58,137 nt of DNA from Candidatus Eiseniibacteriota bacterium (GTDB taxonomy: Bacteria; Eisenbacteria; RBG-16-71-46). Position 1 is the stretch's first letter. Each line of letters starts with the position of its first letter. Location: NCBI GenBank assembly GCA_031366795.1, contig JANLOX010000124.1, positions 1-58,137 of the forward strand, given 5' to 3'. The position numbers and the translations under genes were made by a program. The notes under the pieces were generated by a model. It worked only from the letters and a program-made list of their open reading frames with translations, was not told the DNA's origin and ran no database searches. This document shows positions 56,860 through 58,137 of this stretch, piece by piece.

Positions 56860-57546
56860 CTACTGCAGGAGTCGCACGGTGGTGACCGTGGCGGCGCAGT
56901 GGCGGGTGAGCAGGTCGGAGACCCGCTCGAGTGCCGTGCTCAGGCTTTGCGTGGCGCGATTCGAGGGGCAGAACAGCACCACCGCGACATTGCGGGTGGC
57001 TGCCGTGACGGACGTGCGCAGCGAATCGGAGGTCGGCGCTCCGAAGGGGCCCTCTTCATCGGCGAGCAGCAGGCGCGCATGCAGGTTCACGTGCTGGTTG
57101 CGGATGCCTTCGTAGCCCTCGCCTTCGCTGCCTACACGCACCGCGACGATCCCGCGCACTTTGTCGCGGTCGTACAGCCCGAGCGGCAGCTGGTGCTCGA
57201 GCGAAGCGAGGTTGCAGGCGTCGACGACGGGACTCAACTCGGGCAGGCCGCGGCCCTGCAGCACGCGCCGCAACAGCGCTTCGCTGCTCGGGCGGTGCTT
57301 TGTGGGGTCGATCGACAGCTTGTGGAACAACGCGCGGGTCTCGGCGACCCCGGGAACGTCGGAGGGCTGGCGACCGCCATGCGCCGACAGCCAGCGCGCA
57401 ACGATCTTGTCGCGCTCCGCGAGAAATGCGGGCGGCAACGGATCCCCCGAAAGCCCATCCGCTTCGAGCAGTCCCAGCGCGAGGATGCCGCGCAGCGACT
57501 CGTCGGTGATTAACTGCAGGCTTTGCGGACGCGCTTGAATGCTCAT
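56860..57546 (-). CDS. B3/B4 tRNA-binding domain protein (PheT B3_4-related)
   Basis: SIDPTKHRPSSEALLRRVLQGRGLP..SPVVDACNLASLEHQLPLGLYD matches the B3_4 core pattern. Confidence 0.65.
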   Translation of the reverse strand: MSIQARPQSLQLITDESLRGILALGLLEADGLSGDPLPPAFLAERDKIVARWLSAHGGRQPSDVPGVAETRALFHKLSIDPTKHRPSSEALLRRVLQGRGLPELSPVVDACNLASLEHQLPLGLYDRDKVRGIVAVRVGSEGEGYEGIRNQHVNLHARLLLADEEGPFGAPTSDSLRTSVTAATRNVAVVLFCPSNRATQSLSTALERVSDLLTRHCAATVTTVRLLQ

Positions 57547-57725
57547 ACCACCACACCTTCGTCACCCGTGTGGCTCCCAGGCTCAACGGGAACCAAGTGG
57601 GCGGCGGGAAATCCTTTTCCGGCCGAACCGCCGATCGACGCGAAGGCCAACCCGACGCAGCGGCCAAACTTCATGTATTCGCCGCCCACCCAGACGCAAG
57701 CCTGATGAAAATTTGGGGGATACAA
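57543..57725 (-). CDS. small ORF translationally coupled to the B3/B4 gene (hypothetical, possibly a fragment)
   Basis: Its stop overlaps the downstream start (ATGA at 57543-57546). GC3 is moderate. No recognisable family. Confidence 0.25.
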   Translation of the reverse strand: MYPPNFHQACVWVGGEYMKFGRCVGLAFASIGGSAGKGFPAAHLVPVEPGSHTGDEGVVV

Positions 57726-57913
57726 TCGCCGCGACTAATGATTCCGGGATCCGTCGTGACGACCGGCCAGGCCGCACCACAGAGTGCGTCGCCTGAAGCG
57801 GGCGTGAACCGTTTTACTAATCGCGCACGATAGCCTGTCGCCCCTCGCGCGCAAAGCAATTTCGGTCAACTCGGCGCAAGAAAGAATGATGCGCGGCGGA
57901 AACTATTTTGGGG

Positions 57914-57930
57914 CACGTGTCACGTGTCAC
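57914..57930. promoter_or_regulatory. tandem CACGTG palindromes in an AT-richer intergenic stretch
   Basis: cacgtgt cacgtgt cac. Two overlapping CACGTG palindromes spaced 7 nt apart, a few nt upstream of an ATG at 57938. Confidence 0.3.
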
Positions 57931-58137
57931 GAACATCATGTTGGCAGATGTGAACACGCAAATTGTCATCGTGAATGATTGTGGCGTGGGTTGCGCGGCG
58001 GAGACACAGCGGGAAGCCACACTCACTGCGGCACTTCGCTGCGATCAGGTCCGCAGTCGCGATTTTCAGCGAATGCGGACCCAGACCTGCTACGACGCCT
58101 CGACCTCGGATGCCGGAGGGATTCGCCGCTCGACCGA

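Noticed and set aside
1-58137. Scan for mobile elements, CRISPR arrays and rRNA/tRNA genes
   Set aside because: I recognised no transposase, integrase or recombinase motifs, no inverted terminal repeats and no repeat-spacer arrays. I also saw no rRNA-like or tRNA-like sequence. The AT-richer patches at 34.7-35.2 kb, 52.7-53.3 kb and 57.8-58.0 kb look like ordinary promoter-bearing intergenic regions.

Overview
Visibly GC-rich chromosomal window; in every frame I checked by hand, third codon positions were mostly G/C. I support about 55 protein-coding genes. I found no rRNA, tRNA, CRISPR array, transposase or integrase.

The host looks like a diderm bacterium. There are many lipoproteins with a lipobox Cys, several outer-membrane beta-barrel candidates, and a FlgD-Ig/T9SS-like C-terminal sorting domain. 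Any finer taxonomic placement would be inference only.

Housekeeping content:
- pabB-pabC, coupled by a GTGA overlap
- a short-type alpha-glucan phosphorylase followed by a BshB1-like PIG-L deacetylase
- an S11 DD-peptidase, an N-terminally truncated Lon, a class I/II aminotransferase and a NudC-like Nudix hydrolase
- rlmD, pepA, a membrane-anchored msrB, a fasciclin protein and an MFS pump
- sthA, a YacP-like NYN nuclease, a NatAB-like ABC-2 transporter and glutamine-dependent nadE

The stand-out region is 44.1-52.7 kb on the minus strand. Clear pgsB/capB and pgsC/capC genes for poly-gamma-glutamate synthesis sit inside a seven-gene, tightly coupled operon.
- No CapA/PgsA-like gene is present. 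A different two-TM membrane protein takes its place.
- The operon also encodes a large BNR/beta-propeller protein with a sorting domain, a secreted protein, an outer-membrane beta-barrel candidate and a CXXCH (cytochrome-c-type) lipoprotein.
- A PghP-like poly-gamma-glutamate hydrolase lies immediately upstream.
- I read this as a candidate diderm PGA synthesis/export/turnover system whose envelope components are, to my knowledge, uncharacterised.

Other items worth a look:
- a mini-Lon with a Walker-B Glu-to-Gly change
- an orphan BoxB-like di-iron protein
- a degenerate GGDEF protein
- two small Cys-rich secreted proteins
- a decayed coding patchwork at 9.5-10.3 kb
- a frameshifted lipoprotein gene
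- several in-frame tandem repeats

All family calls come from motif recognition by eye. None was checked against a database.
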